DNA from: Tubiluchus corallicola
Taxonomy: Eukaryota > Animalia > Priapulida
Reading direction: 5' to 3'
Assembly (NCBI GenBank): GCA_030141605.1
Contig: JAQGDQ010000222.1
Coordinates: forward strand, 124,001 to 188,000
Length of the DNA stretch: 64,000 nt
Shown: piece after piece, positions 12,353 to 45,210 of the stretch
Position numbering within the stretch: the first letter of the stretch is position 1
Layout: each line of letters begins with the position of its first letter
Position numbers and translations under genes: made by a program
The notes under the pieces: generated by a model
What the model was told of the DNA's origin: nothing
The model's input: the letters and a program-made list of their open reading frames with translations, nothing else
Database searches by the model: none

Positions 12353-13501
12353 ATGAGTACCTCTGGGGTACTAGCCAGGAAAAGCTGTACTATTTGCAGA
12401 CGCAGTAAGGAAATAACAAAAAGAGAAATATACTGCGAGGTGTGCGTTAGCTGTTTTAACAAGTTCTCAAATGGTAACGAATCTGAGACTGAAACTATTG
12501 GGACGCAGTCGGAGCCAAAACCCCAAGCGTCGAATGATGCTAACAAAGCAGGCTTCCTTGATCTACTAAAAACTGAAATAATTCATTTCATTCAGGAAGA
12601 GAACGATATCAACAAACTGACCGAAATATTAAACCGGCTAAAAAAAATATCAGGTGATCCTGTCATGGATAAACTAAATCAGATAGAACAATCAATAGAA
12701 AAGCTGTCGGGAACAGAACGCAGACCTGCCGGCCTTACTTCCTATAGCAATGCTGTGAAAAAAGGCATGCAAACGTCTGCTACTTCTCGAAATCGTCAGT
12801 TACCAAATACACAAAATCCCATTGTGCGATATGATCCAGCTAGAACAGTTATAATAGAAAATGTTAAAGATAAAAAACTTGTAGAGACCAGCGCATCAAT
12901 TAAAACAAATCTGTGTAAGTATTTTCCACGTGTGAGATTTGAAATAGCCTTCAGAACTGCTCGAGGAAACATACAAATTCAGTTAAAAGATTCTGAAACT
13001 GCAGATGAAATAATAAGCTCATGGAACCCAACTTATATGGGTACTTACACGAAAGTCAGAAAACCAAATAAGTACTCTATTGGAGTGACCAAAGACTGTG
13101 ACCCGGAATTGGCTGAAGACGAAATAAAGGCGGCAATTGAACAGAAGTTCCCAGTAATCGAAGTAGAGCGATTTAAACGAAGAACGAAGCCAATATGCCA
13201 ATAGTTAAGGTGAAATTTAGTTCAGACGTTGAATTACAACGTGCAATACAGGAGGGAATTCCTATAAAACATTTTCTGTGCGAAGTAGAACAATATATCC
13301 GAAAACAAACACCTTTACGCTGTTACGCAAGTGTCAGTCTTTTGGTCACGTTGCTAAGTTGGTAAATGCGGAAATCTGCGTAAAACATCTGAATGCAATA
13401 GCAAAGAGATAAAGTGCTACAATTGCAAAAGTGAGCATGAAGCCAATTCCAAGAACTGCTCTACATACTTAGATCAGCTAAAAAGACTTAACCGTATCTA
13501 G
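12353..13501 (+). pseudogene. LINE ORF1 (nucleic-acid-binding), frameshifted
   Basis: N-terminal CxxC...CxxC; C-terminal knuckles PLRCY..CQSFGH and CYNCKSEHEANSKNC; frameshift near 13200. Confidence 0.85.
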
Positions 13502-16500
13502 TGGCTGCATCTTCTAGGTGTCTCAGTGTATGCCAAATTAATATCAATACTTTTTCTGTTCGTTCACAATATGCGTTAGACAAATATGTAAATTCCTACT
13601 ACTTTGATATTGTTACAGTACAGGAAGTGAAAGCTAAACAATACGATGATGTGACTCTAACTAATTATCAAAGTTATGTCAAAAATAAGGACCCAAATAC
13701 TAGTGGATGTGCAGTATTCGTAAAAAATGGATTGATTAGTTGTAGACTACACGAATTAGAAGATAATATCACAGATACAATTTGGGTTTTAGTTAAAGGC
13801 AAATGTTTAAAAATGATTGTAGCTTCTGCATATGTTCTGCCAAACAAAGTCGAGCCACATGCAATCAATGCTAGCTTCTTTCAAAAAGGCCTGCCTATTT
13901 TCTGATCAACAAAGCCTAGACGGTGTTATGCTAACTGGAGATCTGAATAGTAGAAGTTTTATGTGGGATGTAAAAACTAACTCACTTGGGCAACTTTTAA
14001 ATGACTTTGTTTGGTCTAGTACATATCCAGTACTGCCTGTTGCACCGTTGGTTGAAACATTTAAACCAGCCCACGGCAAAAGCATCATTGATATTGTATT
14101 GCTAACAAACAATCTTGCGTCATTACCGGTGACACAAAGCGTTGACGATGAGGTTGAATTGTTTAGTGGAGCTCCGAGATCATTACTAAGTTAGGTGCAT
14201 CTTTCCATAACTGTAGCACAACAGCAAAGCGTACTGTCTTCGATTTCAAAAGCAGTAACTGGCATAGCTGGTCAGGTTATTTAGGAAATAGTTTGCGCTC
14301 GAATTTTGCGCTCCTTAACGATGCTATAATGCGAGAGGACCCTATTGAGCTGTGGGAGTTGTTTCAGAAATTAAAAAACAGCAATGAAGCTGTACTACCA
14401 AAGAAAGTTATATGTAATCACTCAAAGCCGTTTTGGACTCAAAACTTAAGTTTTTTGTCAAACAATGTACGAAGGTTGAGAAAAATCTATCTAAAGCATT
14501 CTAATATTCACAATAGGAACCGGTATCTTGAAGAAAAGAATAAGTTTGATGAAGAACTTCGCACTGCTGCAGATAACTGGCTTTATAAAAAGTGTGTCAA
14601 CTTAAATGTTTGTAAAAGTAGTGCATTCTGGAGAGAATATAAGAAAATATTTACTGGTAGAGCAAATTCAGATATCGGCATGCTAAAATATGAAGGGAAT
14701 ATATTTAGCGAAAATAAAGATATTTGTGAGGTACTATACAAAAATTTTTTAAGTGGAGATCACGTAAACGGTGCAACTTTTGATTACGTTTGGCAGCAGC
14801 AAGTAGAGGGGGAAGTTTTTCGCTATGATTATAGAGGCATGGTGCCCCTTGCTGTAAACTGTAACTTTACAATGGATGAACTAAACATTGCAATAAAAGA
14901 AACAGTCACGCAGGGCAAAAGCACCGACTGTGATGGCTTTCATCCACTGATGGTTAAACACCTTGGCTTCTGGGCCAAGGCGGTTTTTCTATACTTATGC
15001 AATCTTTGTTTAAGTAAAAGCGATTGGGTTTGGCGTGAATCCAATGTAATATTCATTAAAAAGGAAGGCAAAACAAATTATACGGATCCTGGTAGCTTTC
15101 GACCCCTGACGCTCTCATCCTATTTTGGCAAATTTGCTGAACGTTTACTGTCAAATCGGTTGAGAACTTACATATCTGAAAATGATCTTATAGACGAAGT
15201 GCAGGAAGGTTTCATGGCAGGTCGCAATACTGGTCGCTATTTGATTCGCTTAATATCAAAGATTCAAAAGTATTTACTACAAAATGACGTCTGTCTGTCT
15301 ATCTGCTGTGATTTCCAGCGCGCTTTTGACAGCGTCTGGTTGGATGGTCTACTGTTCAAGCTATATGAGGCCGGCTTTAAAGGTAGAATTCTGGGCCTTA
15401 TTAAAACTTTTCTATATGAAAGGAATGTGTGCATCAAGGTCAATAACTATACTTCTCAGGAATACTGTTGTAAGATTGGTCTGCCACAGGGGTCAGTCAT
15501 CTCCCCGGTGCTATTTAATTTTTATGTGTCCGACATGTTTGACGAAATCATAGCAATATCAAATACTAATAATAAGTGCAATAATTTTAAATATGCAGAT
15601 GACGGAACAATACTTGTAGCTTGTTCTTCCGAAAATGAAACGCTTAGAACTAGTCAGCTGTGCTGTGATAAACTCTATAATTGGTGTTTTAAATGGCGGC
15701 AGATACTAAATTGCTCGCAAGGAAAACCTGAAGTAATTCCATTTGGCCTTCATGATTTAAATGATTGCTTAAAATTTGGAACTAATGATGTTAGTTACGT
15801 GCAAAGTAGTAAAGTTTTAGGAGTTACAATCGACAGTAATTTGTCATTTGAAAATCATGTAAGGTTAGAAGACAAGCTTGGAATAGGTGGATGTTAATTA
15901 AGCGTAAGAGCATGCTGTATAAAGGTTTCAGTCTCAATGTTATCATTGCTCTATTTAAGACTTTAGTTTTACCAATTATAATGTATGCTGCTCCTGCCTG
16001 GATGGTAAGAAAGCACTCTTTGTTTGACGATCTGTTGTATGACGTTATGAAAACTGCTACTGGTTGTCAGTTTCACCCCTCAAAAAACAAACTAGAGTTA
16101 ATTTGTGGGCTACCCCCACTTGATATTATTATGTTTAAGGGAATCACAGTAAAATTTATGCTAAAATCTCTAGCAATGTCGGATTCAGATTTAGTCAAAA
16201 GTCATATAATAGAGATTAGCCGTGATTCTACAATCGGTCATAGACATTTCATTCGAGAATTACTGGCTTCTAGTGGTCAATATTTAAAATTATGTAAAAA
16301 TTATAATTCACGTACTATTGATTACGGTAATATACCGCTGAATATCCTTGAGTACAAAAAACAGGATATTGAGCATTTTATATCACAACTATGGAAAAAT
16401 AGATGCCGTACTCGCTACCAATGCCAGCAGTTATCTATTCTTCCTGAAAATGTATTTTTAACTCCACTAGACCTTCCTTTTCACACAGGTAGCAGAAGGC

Positions 16501-16784
16501 TAGAAAAACTGTGTTGTAGCTTTTTACTAGGATAAGGTAACTTTAAAGATTTTCTTTTTAAAATTGGATACTTACATGAAAATGCCTGTATAAGTTCAGG
16601 GGAAGCACAAACAGTTGAACATTTGCTTTTTAATTGTACTTTGGTCGACGAAAATAAAAGATTGGCGCTCGCAAATAGCCTACAATTTCATAACATTAGT
16701 AAAATTTATACCCCTCGTGACAAAAACCTGCTAGTTGCTTTCTCTGAGTTAGTTTGTGATTCGTTTTTACAAACTTTAGTATAA
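13501..16784 (+). pseudogene. LINE ORF2 (AP endonuclease and reverse transcriptase), frameshifted
   Basis: QININ, VQE, GDLNS, SIIDI endonuclease motifs; FRPLTL, QEGF, DFQRAFDSV, GLPQGSVISP, YADD, LGVTID RT motifs; QTVEHLLFNC tail. Confidence 0.93.
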
Positions 16785-17899
16785 AATATTGAACTTTTAT
16801 ATTATATCTGTCACTTTTATATTATACAGGTCGTTTTGTGTAAACTGGTACTATTTGATTTTAGTTGTTCTTTTATTGGTACATTGATTTATTGGTATTT
16901 AAAAGTCTTACGAATATAACAGCTATTTTATTTACAAAGTTTTTTTAACCATACCCTGCAAATAGAGGGTCACTGTGTGTATTTTATGTAAATATTTGTA
17001 TATACGTACAATTTTAAATTTTAAATAAAGCATAATAATAATAATAAGTAGTTCAAAGGTGTCACTGTTTTTTTGTAAACGAGTTGGTGCTCTACTAGAA
17101 ATAAATGTAAAAATAATCTTTAATCATTAAAGATTATGTGTTAATGCTTAACTAAGATGTCGTCTTTTAGACAAAAAGTTAACACTATTTGAAAAGTATG
17201 TATCCCGACTGCTGTAAAATTAACTAAGCTAATATGACAGTAACTTTAATTATTGCGAAGCCACAAGCTAATAATGTATTAAGGCGTTTAACCAAGAATA
17301 CGTTGGTATTAATTAATCAATACGTTGGCTACATTATTTGTAGTAAATTCGGGGTTGTAGTAAAGTGCGTAGAAATTGTGAAATTCAGAACAAAGCTAAC
17401 ATTTTATGCTAAAACGAACTAACAAAGAAACCCAATACGCTGATTTTTTTTTATCATCACTGTTATGTTAGGCATCCAGTTTTCTTAAATAAACATCCGC
17501 TACATTAACTGGAAAACGAAACTTGCAGGATAGATATCTGGTTAGGGGCCTTGGGTGATATGGTGAACAGTGACCTTGGTCAAAAGGTTAAGAGCTCTGG
17601 ATGTTGGTTAGTTTTTCGATTGCCATTCCACTTTTTCTTGAGCTTTGTGTGGTAAATTCAAATTTTTTCTTAGGTATTTAGATATTGTTGGGTAATAAAT
17701 CTACGATTTTTTTACCCAAGTAAACCACACTTGAACAGACATAATCAACTGATAAACGCAGTTATGCTCGGGGGTTTTAGATCTAAATGCATGAAGTTTT
17801 GTTTTTATTCAAAAGTGGAACAAAAATTGGACTGAAAAGTATATAGAAGGCGAACTTGTCACTAAGGTAATTACCAGCTATTGTCAAAATTGTAAATGA

Positions 17900-18066
17900 C
17901 AGCGTGTGATTTACACTCACCCAAGGGACATTTTGCAGCTCACTTAATTAGGTAAACTGTTTTGTTTGCAATTGTGGTGTCAGCGTGTGTGACTTATACT
18001 CACTCCGGAACACTTTTAAGGTTACTTTATTAGATCAATTGTTTTTCGTTTGCGATTTTGGTGTCA
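17900..18066. repeat. Two diverged tandem copies of an ~82-bp unit
   Basis: cagcgtgtga..actcac..tttgc.att.tggtgtca occurs twice head-to-tail. Confidence 0.7.
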
Positions 18067-19123
18067 CCGGTAAATGCACTATACTTACCTTGCAGCAACT
18101 TGAAAGTTGGTTCATTAGGGTAATGATGTCGTATTTACGCAGGTAAACATAATCGTCTGAAAAACAATTCTATTATATAGCAGTATTATATTAGCTGTAT
18201 CTAATGCCATTGAGCCATATTATATAGCAGCATAACCATAATTCAATATTGAACAAAATTAAATAAAACTATCATCTTGCAGAAACGAATTGGAAGAGGA
18301 AGTAACAGGCTTGCCTTGTATTAAACACAAACCTGTATAAAAAGTGCAAAACTTCATGCTTAGAATGCTTTATTTACGACGACTTCATATACAAGTATTT
18401 TACTTCAGTTTTTACGAACATTTCGTTCTGTAAGTGTTTGGACAAGGTGAACCAAAAGATAAGCCAAAAATAACAAGGAACAACTTTCTCTATGATAATG
18501 CATGTCTGTGATAACACGACGTGCTTTCTGTAATTGGACTAATAGCTGAGTGTAGAAACTCTGTATGTTTAGGTACGGTAAGGCTAGGTTGCAAAAATTA
18601 ACACTTAGGTACTGTATAATTAATATTATATATATAAACTTAATAAAATAGTAAAATTGTAGAATTGGCAATAAAAAACTTTTCGCATTATATTTGTTCA
18701 CATTCTGAATCATATCTATATTCCACATTCTACTTCATTCTTTATCTGTGGTGAACCATTTTTCCTAGTTAGAGCATTTCAGGGTTAAAATGATACTTAT
18801 TACCCCAACAATAAAAGAGAATATCATTATGATTGCATTTAAAATGCTTTTCCGAATACGCTGTTGTTTCGGAACGCGGGTATCTGTTAATTTTCTCCAG
18901 TTATAAAACGTTGCAGGAAGGATTCTCGGGAAGCCTGCGTCATGATTTGCCCAGTTCTCAGGCGCCAGCAACTGAAGCCCTTCAAATGTATATATCGTGA
19001 CAAAGTGACGTTTCGGATTGTTCTTTTATAATTATTGACGATTGACCAATGGCCTAAGACGATAAATTGCAAAAACTACCAAATGTTGTCGTAATAGAAA
19101 GGTGAATTATTGGTGAAAAGAAA

Positions 19124-38733
<19,610 letters not shown>

Positions 38734-38808
38734 GCGATAAAGTTACTATATTGCAGGGTTCCATCTACACCTAGGCAACTTCTGATATAGAAATGCACTT
38801 TGAGTTTC

Positions 38809-38814
38809 AATAAA
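38809..38814 (+). terminator. Candidate polyadenylation signal of the receptor gene
   Basis: AATAAA about 75 nt after the stop codon. Confidence 0.45.
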
Positions 38815-40819
38815 ACATTTATGACATCAACACGACGAAGAACTAAATGCTTTGTACATTATCGTGTTTATTTATTCATTTTAGCTGTATTGTAAATACT
38901 TTGTATCGAGTGATTCTATTGTTTTCGTGAAAAGGTTTCTGTTGCTCAGTTTTGAATTTGAGATTAAAGCAAAAATTCAATGGTGCAGAAAACATAATGA
39001 ATGAATTACTGAGTCTAATAGCTCAAATAAAGACTTTAGAACCAAATCTCCTAAAAAGACGCTTGGTAACCCTTATGCAATACTGCAAGCATCCGTCATT
39101 AATTTTTACATTTGGCATTTATACTACTCAAAACATATAGTTGCTTCCGCATACTCAAGAGATAGTTTAAGCTGTTTTAAGCTAATATATTTACAAGGTA
39201 TAGGCCCTACCCAGATCTATTTGGACAGTGGCGTTGATGCGTGACCAGCAACGTCACAAACGTGTTTAATGGTTGCCACTTGAGTTCACATTTAGCACAT
39301 CAATTGCCAGAGCCTTTTTATATGGCATCCTTGTATTTGCAAGTCACTTCCATACGTCTCAAAGACAAGGCGTGCTTCTGCTTAAAACATGTTAATCTTC
39401 GAGTTATAAAAGTAAGCTTATTGCGTTTTTTATGGATTTTCAAACTAAATTTCTTTAATTTCTTGTGAAACGTTTTACACAACCTTTCCTTCTTGACATA
39501 TGTGATTGTATATTTTGTGACTATCATAAAAGGAGATTTAATAAAAGTTTTAATAACATACAAGTATATGCTTACATTAGTTTATAGTGTACATAAAATT
39601 CTCTTGAGCATGGTTGTAAAACACCATTACGGACTTTACTATTACCTAAAAATTAAGAAAACGACAAACTTATATCGTGTTACGCACATATAAATCATTA
39701 CATTCATTTAATTTGCCTTAACGTTTGCGTTAGCTATAAGTTTCATTAATCGATGAGTATATTGATTTATAGTCCAAACCCAATATTCGCCATAATTATA
39801 TTTGTTGCCAATTTCTGCCGCATTATGCCTGCTTTTACTGGTGAATGAAAAAATTCATGATGGTCTGTTTGCGCACCAATCATGTAGACAAAGCGTTATA
39901 ACTTATGCTGCTTTCCGTTTCTCAATTTAAAACTTAGAAGTGCAAACATCGGCAATCTCAAAGAAACATTCACAGTTTATTCCACACACCAAAGGATATT
40001 CTTCTTGGTATAATTAATAATAGCCAAACAATACACAAAAAAACTGAATGCCTTTTTATTTTTCTTCAAAAAATTCAAATTTGTAATTTAATATTTATGG
40101 CGGTGTTCTTTTTTTAATGATGAAGTTGTGAATGAAAACAAAATTTAGGGATCTCCAAAAGACTCAAACGAGAAATATCATATAAACTTGTACAAAGAAA
40201 ACTCACCATTTGCATCAAATGTTTAACGTTTCAATCTGAATAATGATTTGTTAAAGAAACCACATACATAATGTTAAAATAAATCACAATGCACCAAATA
40301 GACGTAAACATTGCAAAGGTTTTTAAGTTATTATAGTTTACTTTAGCGAGTCAAAATACAAAAGTAACATAATTATATAATGTTAGACTTAACATTATGT
40401 ATAACATAACATTACACATAACACAATATCGAGAAACATCGTCTATGTTTACCCTGCTATTAGCATCACATCTCAGCAACATCCCAGCCCAGCATCATAA
40501 TACATTCTATCAAAGACGGTTGGTAAAAGGATGATTTCCTATGTCAATATTTTTCGTTGAAATGTTGGAATTTGGCGAAGCAAGATTCAAAATGAACATT
40601 TGTGATTTAGAATACGCTATTAGATTCACGTACAACAAATAAATCACAAAATGCTCGACAAATGAAATGTATTCTTACGATATATCACAGAATTGTATTT
40701 GACCTTTTCAATATTGGATATTTCAGTCCGAAATCGAAGAATTCTAAAAAAATGAAATGCAGATCTTATAGCAGAATTCTCGAAAACCATATTTCATATG
40801 TGAGCCAGTATATGATTCT

Positions 40820-41150
40820 GCCTTGCAGATTGTTCGCATGTAACTATTGCCTTGCATATCAAATCTTTGCTCGGTGGATCTATTGTCATGTGTCTGTAAA
40901 TGCTGGTGTGACAGAGAAAAAGTTCGGCAGTAAAATAAAACTAGTAAAGTAACAACGTAATGTAAAAGTAAATAAAATAAGTTTATTCAACAAGAAAGCT
41001 ATTTGCCCATCAGTGCCACTTTGTGCGTACAACAGTGTACATACTATTAAATTACACTTATTAGATGAACGCTCAGCTCACTTGCAAAACTGTAACGGTT
41101 ATTATGGATCCTATAAATATTTCAGTTGTGATTAAGGCTTATGCTAGATT
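40820..41150 (+). pseudogene. hAT transposase C-terminal dimerisation-domain relic
   Basis: NYCLAYQIF...VSVNAGVTEKKFGSKIKLVK then RT..DERSAHL..VIKAYA, resembling the hAT motif N..IA..I...PV.VA..ERSFSKLKLIK..LR. Confidence 0.5.
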
Positions 41151-42704
41151 TTGAAAAGTTTTGAAGGTACGAGGTATGTGTGCCATGTTTATTGTACTGC
41201 TGTATATGCTTAATAAAAGTGCTAAAATAAAACGTTTACAAAGTACGCGACTTGTATTTTAGCTTTAGAAATTATTATGCAGGTGCAATCAAAAGGGTAC
41301 TACATCACAATCGTGTAAAGGATAAATCAAATATTGTTGACAGGTTTTTGTCTTCCGCCATGCACAAGGGGAACGTAAGATCAGGCAGTAACTAACCTAA
41401 GAAAGGTACTTTGTCAAAGTAATCGCATTTTCTGGACGGTTTATCTTTATTAGGATCACGCTTTTCTTTGATGTAATTCCGATCGCTACGTTTTGCGCGA
41501 TTATTGAGAAGTGAGAATTGAACGTTTATGAGTAATATATTATGTTAATTTGCGGTACAAGTTGCACTTTATATACTGCAACAAAAATATTATGTACCTT
41601 GCTGCTTGTTTTATTATGTGTTAGTTAAAATTTATCAGATACATTGAGGAAATAAGTTGTTTTAAAAATACAATATACTGTAAAACGAAAAATGCTATAC
41701 CGAGTTTTGAGAATAAGTTAAAAGAAAAACTTGTGCAAGTTTCTTTCCCAAACGTAAGTAATGAAACTATATTTATGTTGCTTAGAGATGGCTGCTTTAC
41801 TTGATGCTCATCGTTGTATAATTGACATGAAACTCTTGAAAAAAATTGTTAGTGTTTCAATTGTGAATTGTTTCAAAAGTGAAACGCAGTCGATTTCTAC
41901 TGCTAATGCAATAAGTATTTGTTAGGTATTTCAAAAAGACGAAGAAAAATCTTGTGTCCTTTACTAGCCTTACAAACAAGAACCTTACAAACTGTTTTTG
42001 CTTGAGTTGTTTGTCACATTTGCGAAGTTCGCTCTAACTGCCAATATATATATAATAGGAAGCGCAGAAATAATGTATGAACGCCGACATTGAACTATAG
42101 GCGCAACTGTATAAATTAGCAAAGTTTATATAGCCAGACATTCCATAAAAATGACAATATTCCGAAACCATTTATATTCCATTTTTAATAGCTTTATTTG
42201 CGTAGAAACCCACGTTTTATTAGCAAGCTATAAGCCATTATTATAAAAATGCGGCCTCCGTACAGACAGATTTCTAAGCAGTTTACATATGAATTTGAAC
42301 AACACATAATAAAAGATGTTTGCACCTAAATTCTAAAAAAATTTATGACATGCAGATGATGTTTTGCATGGTCTTCGATACCTTGATAAAGGTCAGTATC
42401 ATTGTCGTCTCGTTTAAGTTTATTGCCATGCCGTTAATGCAGTATGAACTGCCTACTTTAGTCGAGCTAATGCTGAATTATGACCTCGCAATTCCAGCGG
42501 GTATTTGAATTGAAAAGATAAGAAATGAAAGACGTTAATTTGGTAATTAGAAAAATTAAGAAGTGTAGGAATTGAATTAGCGTCAGCATATCTGCAAGGT
42601 TAGCCAGCATTTTAGTAAACAAGGTTTGCTGTGATATCAGAAATTGAAAGGAGTTTACAATTCCCAACACAATTTATAAACACTAACCTTAACCCCAGTC
42701 CTAA

Positions 42705-45117
42705 TACAGAGAGCGAAGAACAATTTTATAGTGAGTTAAGTGCAGCAGTCGATAATTAGGTACGAGTTAATACTGAAAACTTAAATGTCAAGCAGTGCAA
42801 CTCTTTCTGGAAAACATATAGGAAAGTCTTTAATAATAGGCAACCAAGCACAGTAGATAGCATCATACACAATGGACAAAGTGTCACGCAAGACGAGATG
42901 AGATATGAAATCTTCTACCGTACCTTGTTCAGCGGTGATCATTTTGCCAATGAACAATTTAATGAGGAGCATAAAACACAAATCGAAAACAAACTGAAGC
43001 AAATGCAAAGATAGCAAATAGTAAATTCTTGGTTAAGCAGTCCTTTTACATTAATGGAGCTAGAGCAAGCAATCGCACAAACAATAGAAACCGGCAAGTC
43101 AGTGGATGCGGATAGTTTGCACCCCAAGATGATAAAGTATTTAGGATTAAACGCTGGACATACAATGCTAAAGATTGCTAAGCTGTGTCTGCAGCTGGTC
43201 GTAGCTGTGGAATAGTTCTAAAGTCATTTTAACGAGGAAGGAAAATAAGACATCATACAACAATCCTAGCAGCTACCGACCCATAACTATTTCGTCCTAC
43301 TTCGGAAAATTAGTGGAAAGACTTATTGAACATCGGTTAAGAAGATTCTTTGAGCGACTAAATTTCCAAGATATCGAACAGTAAGGCTTTATACCTAAGC
43401 GCAATACCACTCGATATTTGGTGAGTTGTTGTTCACCCTACTTTTGGACTTCATAAGGAATAGGAGAGTAAGAATGAAAATCGACTCTTACCTATCAAAT
43501 GAATACTACTGCTGTGTAGGACTGTCCCAGAGATCTGTGCTATCACCTCTTCTATTCATATTTTATGTAGCGGATGTGTACACAAATATACCATCCAACG
43601 TAGGAAAATTTAAGTATGCGGATGACAATACGTTGTACATAAGTGAGACTTCACAAGATGCTTGTTATGCCTTCACAAGAGGCAAAAATGTGCTGTGTTG
43701 CTTTACATGACTGGTGCAATAGATGGCATTTAAAGATAAACACTCAGCCTGACGAGACAGGAGCAATACTAATAGGAAACTGGTCACCCTGTCCGACGAA
43801 CTTTAATATCGGGGTAATGATTTAAATTATGTGATTAAAAGTAAAAATTCTCGGGTTAACAATCGACAACAAATTGTCGTTTGAAAGTTATGTAAATGCA
43901 ACTCGCAGACAAGTGTGGTCGGGTTGGATTTAGATTACCGACCATAGTTTTTCTATATAAAACACTTATCTTATTATTGTTTGCCACGAAAATACTCAGC
44001 CTTCGATGCTATCACGTATGATGTCATGGAAACAGCAATTGGTTCCATCTTATACCTGCGAGAGAAATTCTAAAACAAATTTGCCAACTATCGACCTTAC
44101 CCCTAAACTTATAGGATTAAAGTTTTCCTTAAAGGTTCTAAAGAGGTAGTGCTAATGAAATTCTTAGAAACAACATTACAGAACAAATGTGTAGTGTAGC
44201 ATCAACCACACAGGACCGTAAGGATGCCTCAGCTACATATGAGCAAGGTACGAGACTTCTTGAAAGTAACTAAAATATTGATATTCGCTTCAAATGTGTG
44301 GCAGAGTTACATCACTGCCGCTAAAATTATATACAGTCCTAATTAAATATGAAATGGAGTAATAAACTAAACACAAATGCTCAGATGCGTGGGGAAACTA
44401 CAGCCAATTTGTCGCACAAAAATTTAGATCAGACTCTTACTTTGAAAGTCGGAAAATCCAAAAGAAAAGTAGAAGTAGCAGCAGTGAGGTTATTGACTGG
44501 ACAGGGAAATTTCAATGAGTTGATGAGTCGTGTTGGATTTGCTAGAGATGAGCTTTGTGAATGTGATATGGAAGCCCAGAATCCAGAACATTTGATATAC
44601 CGATGTGCCGGAGTCAACGCAAACAGGCGATATGTATTACTAAACGAACTGGGAAATGAGAACTTAAATCGTGTGCATTGCACCAAAAATGCAAATTTAA
44701 TGTCGACACTAACCTACTTTTTAAAGGACCCTTTTATTTTAAAATCTTGCTGCTAATTTTTAGTAAAATAGGGATTAAATTTGTGTAGTTCTTAAGATTA
44801 CTGATTGTAACTCTCATGGATTTAAATATTGAATAATCTAGTATATTAATTTATCTGCATTTTTATGTTACCTCACAGGAAGCTTGCTTCATTAATAACC
44901 TTGATGTTAGCACTCACTTTAATACTACTTGTATAACATCGCTGTAAATAATATTACACGCACAAATTAAAAAAGCTAATTACAGAATGCGTAAATGTAA
45001 TATTGTAGAATTCACTCTAGTGTCTATGTAAAATTGTATAATGTTTGTATGCAGAAATTTTTGCCTGCAAAAAGAGGCTAAAAGAGACTTATCATCATCA
45101 TCATCATCATCATCATC
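42705..45117 (+). mobile_element. 5'-truncated decayed LINE of the same clade as 11996-17047
   Basis: ELEQAI..GKSVDADSLHPKMIK, YRPITISSYFGK, GLSQRSVLSP, KYADD, CECDMEAQNPEHLIYRC; (ATC)n tail; near-TSD accccagtcctaa/aacctagtcctaa. Confidence 0.9.
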
Positions 45118-45210
45118 AACCTAGTCCTAACCCTAATCTTAGTCTTAATGCTAACCCTAACCCTAACTCTATACCTAACCCTAATCATAATCCTTACCCT
45201 CATCCTAATC
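45118..45210. repeat. Degenerate (CCCTAA)n telomere-like tract
   Basis: ctaaccctaaccctaact...; continues at 42683-42704 on the other side of the LINE. Confidence 0.75.

Larger units (their letters stand above)
11996..17047 (+). mobile_element. Full-length non-LTR retrotransposon (I/Jockey group: ORF1 with zinc knuckles, APE, RT, C-terminal CCHC; no RNase H seen)
   Basis: Flanking direct repeat taagtagttca at 11985-11995 and 17045-17055 (TSD, overlapping the tail); AATAAA plus (TAA)n tail; two ORFs. Confidence 0.93.

Noticed and set aside
45118-45210. True interstitial telomere or chromosome fusion site
   Set aside because: Short, degenerate, single orientation, and similar tracts occur near 36280 and 63525; better explained as a mobile-element core
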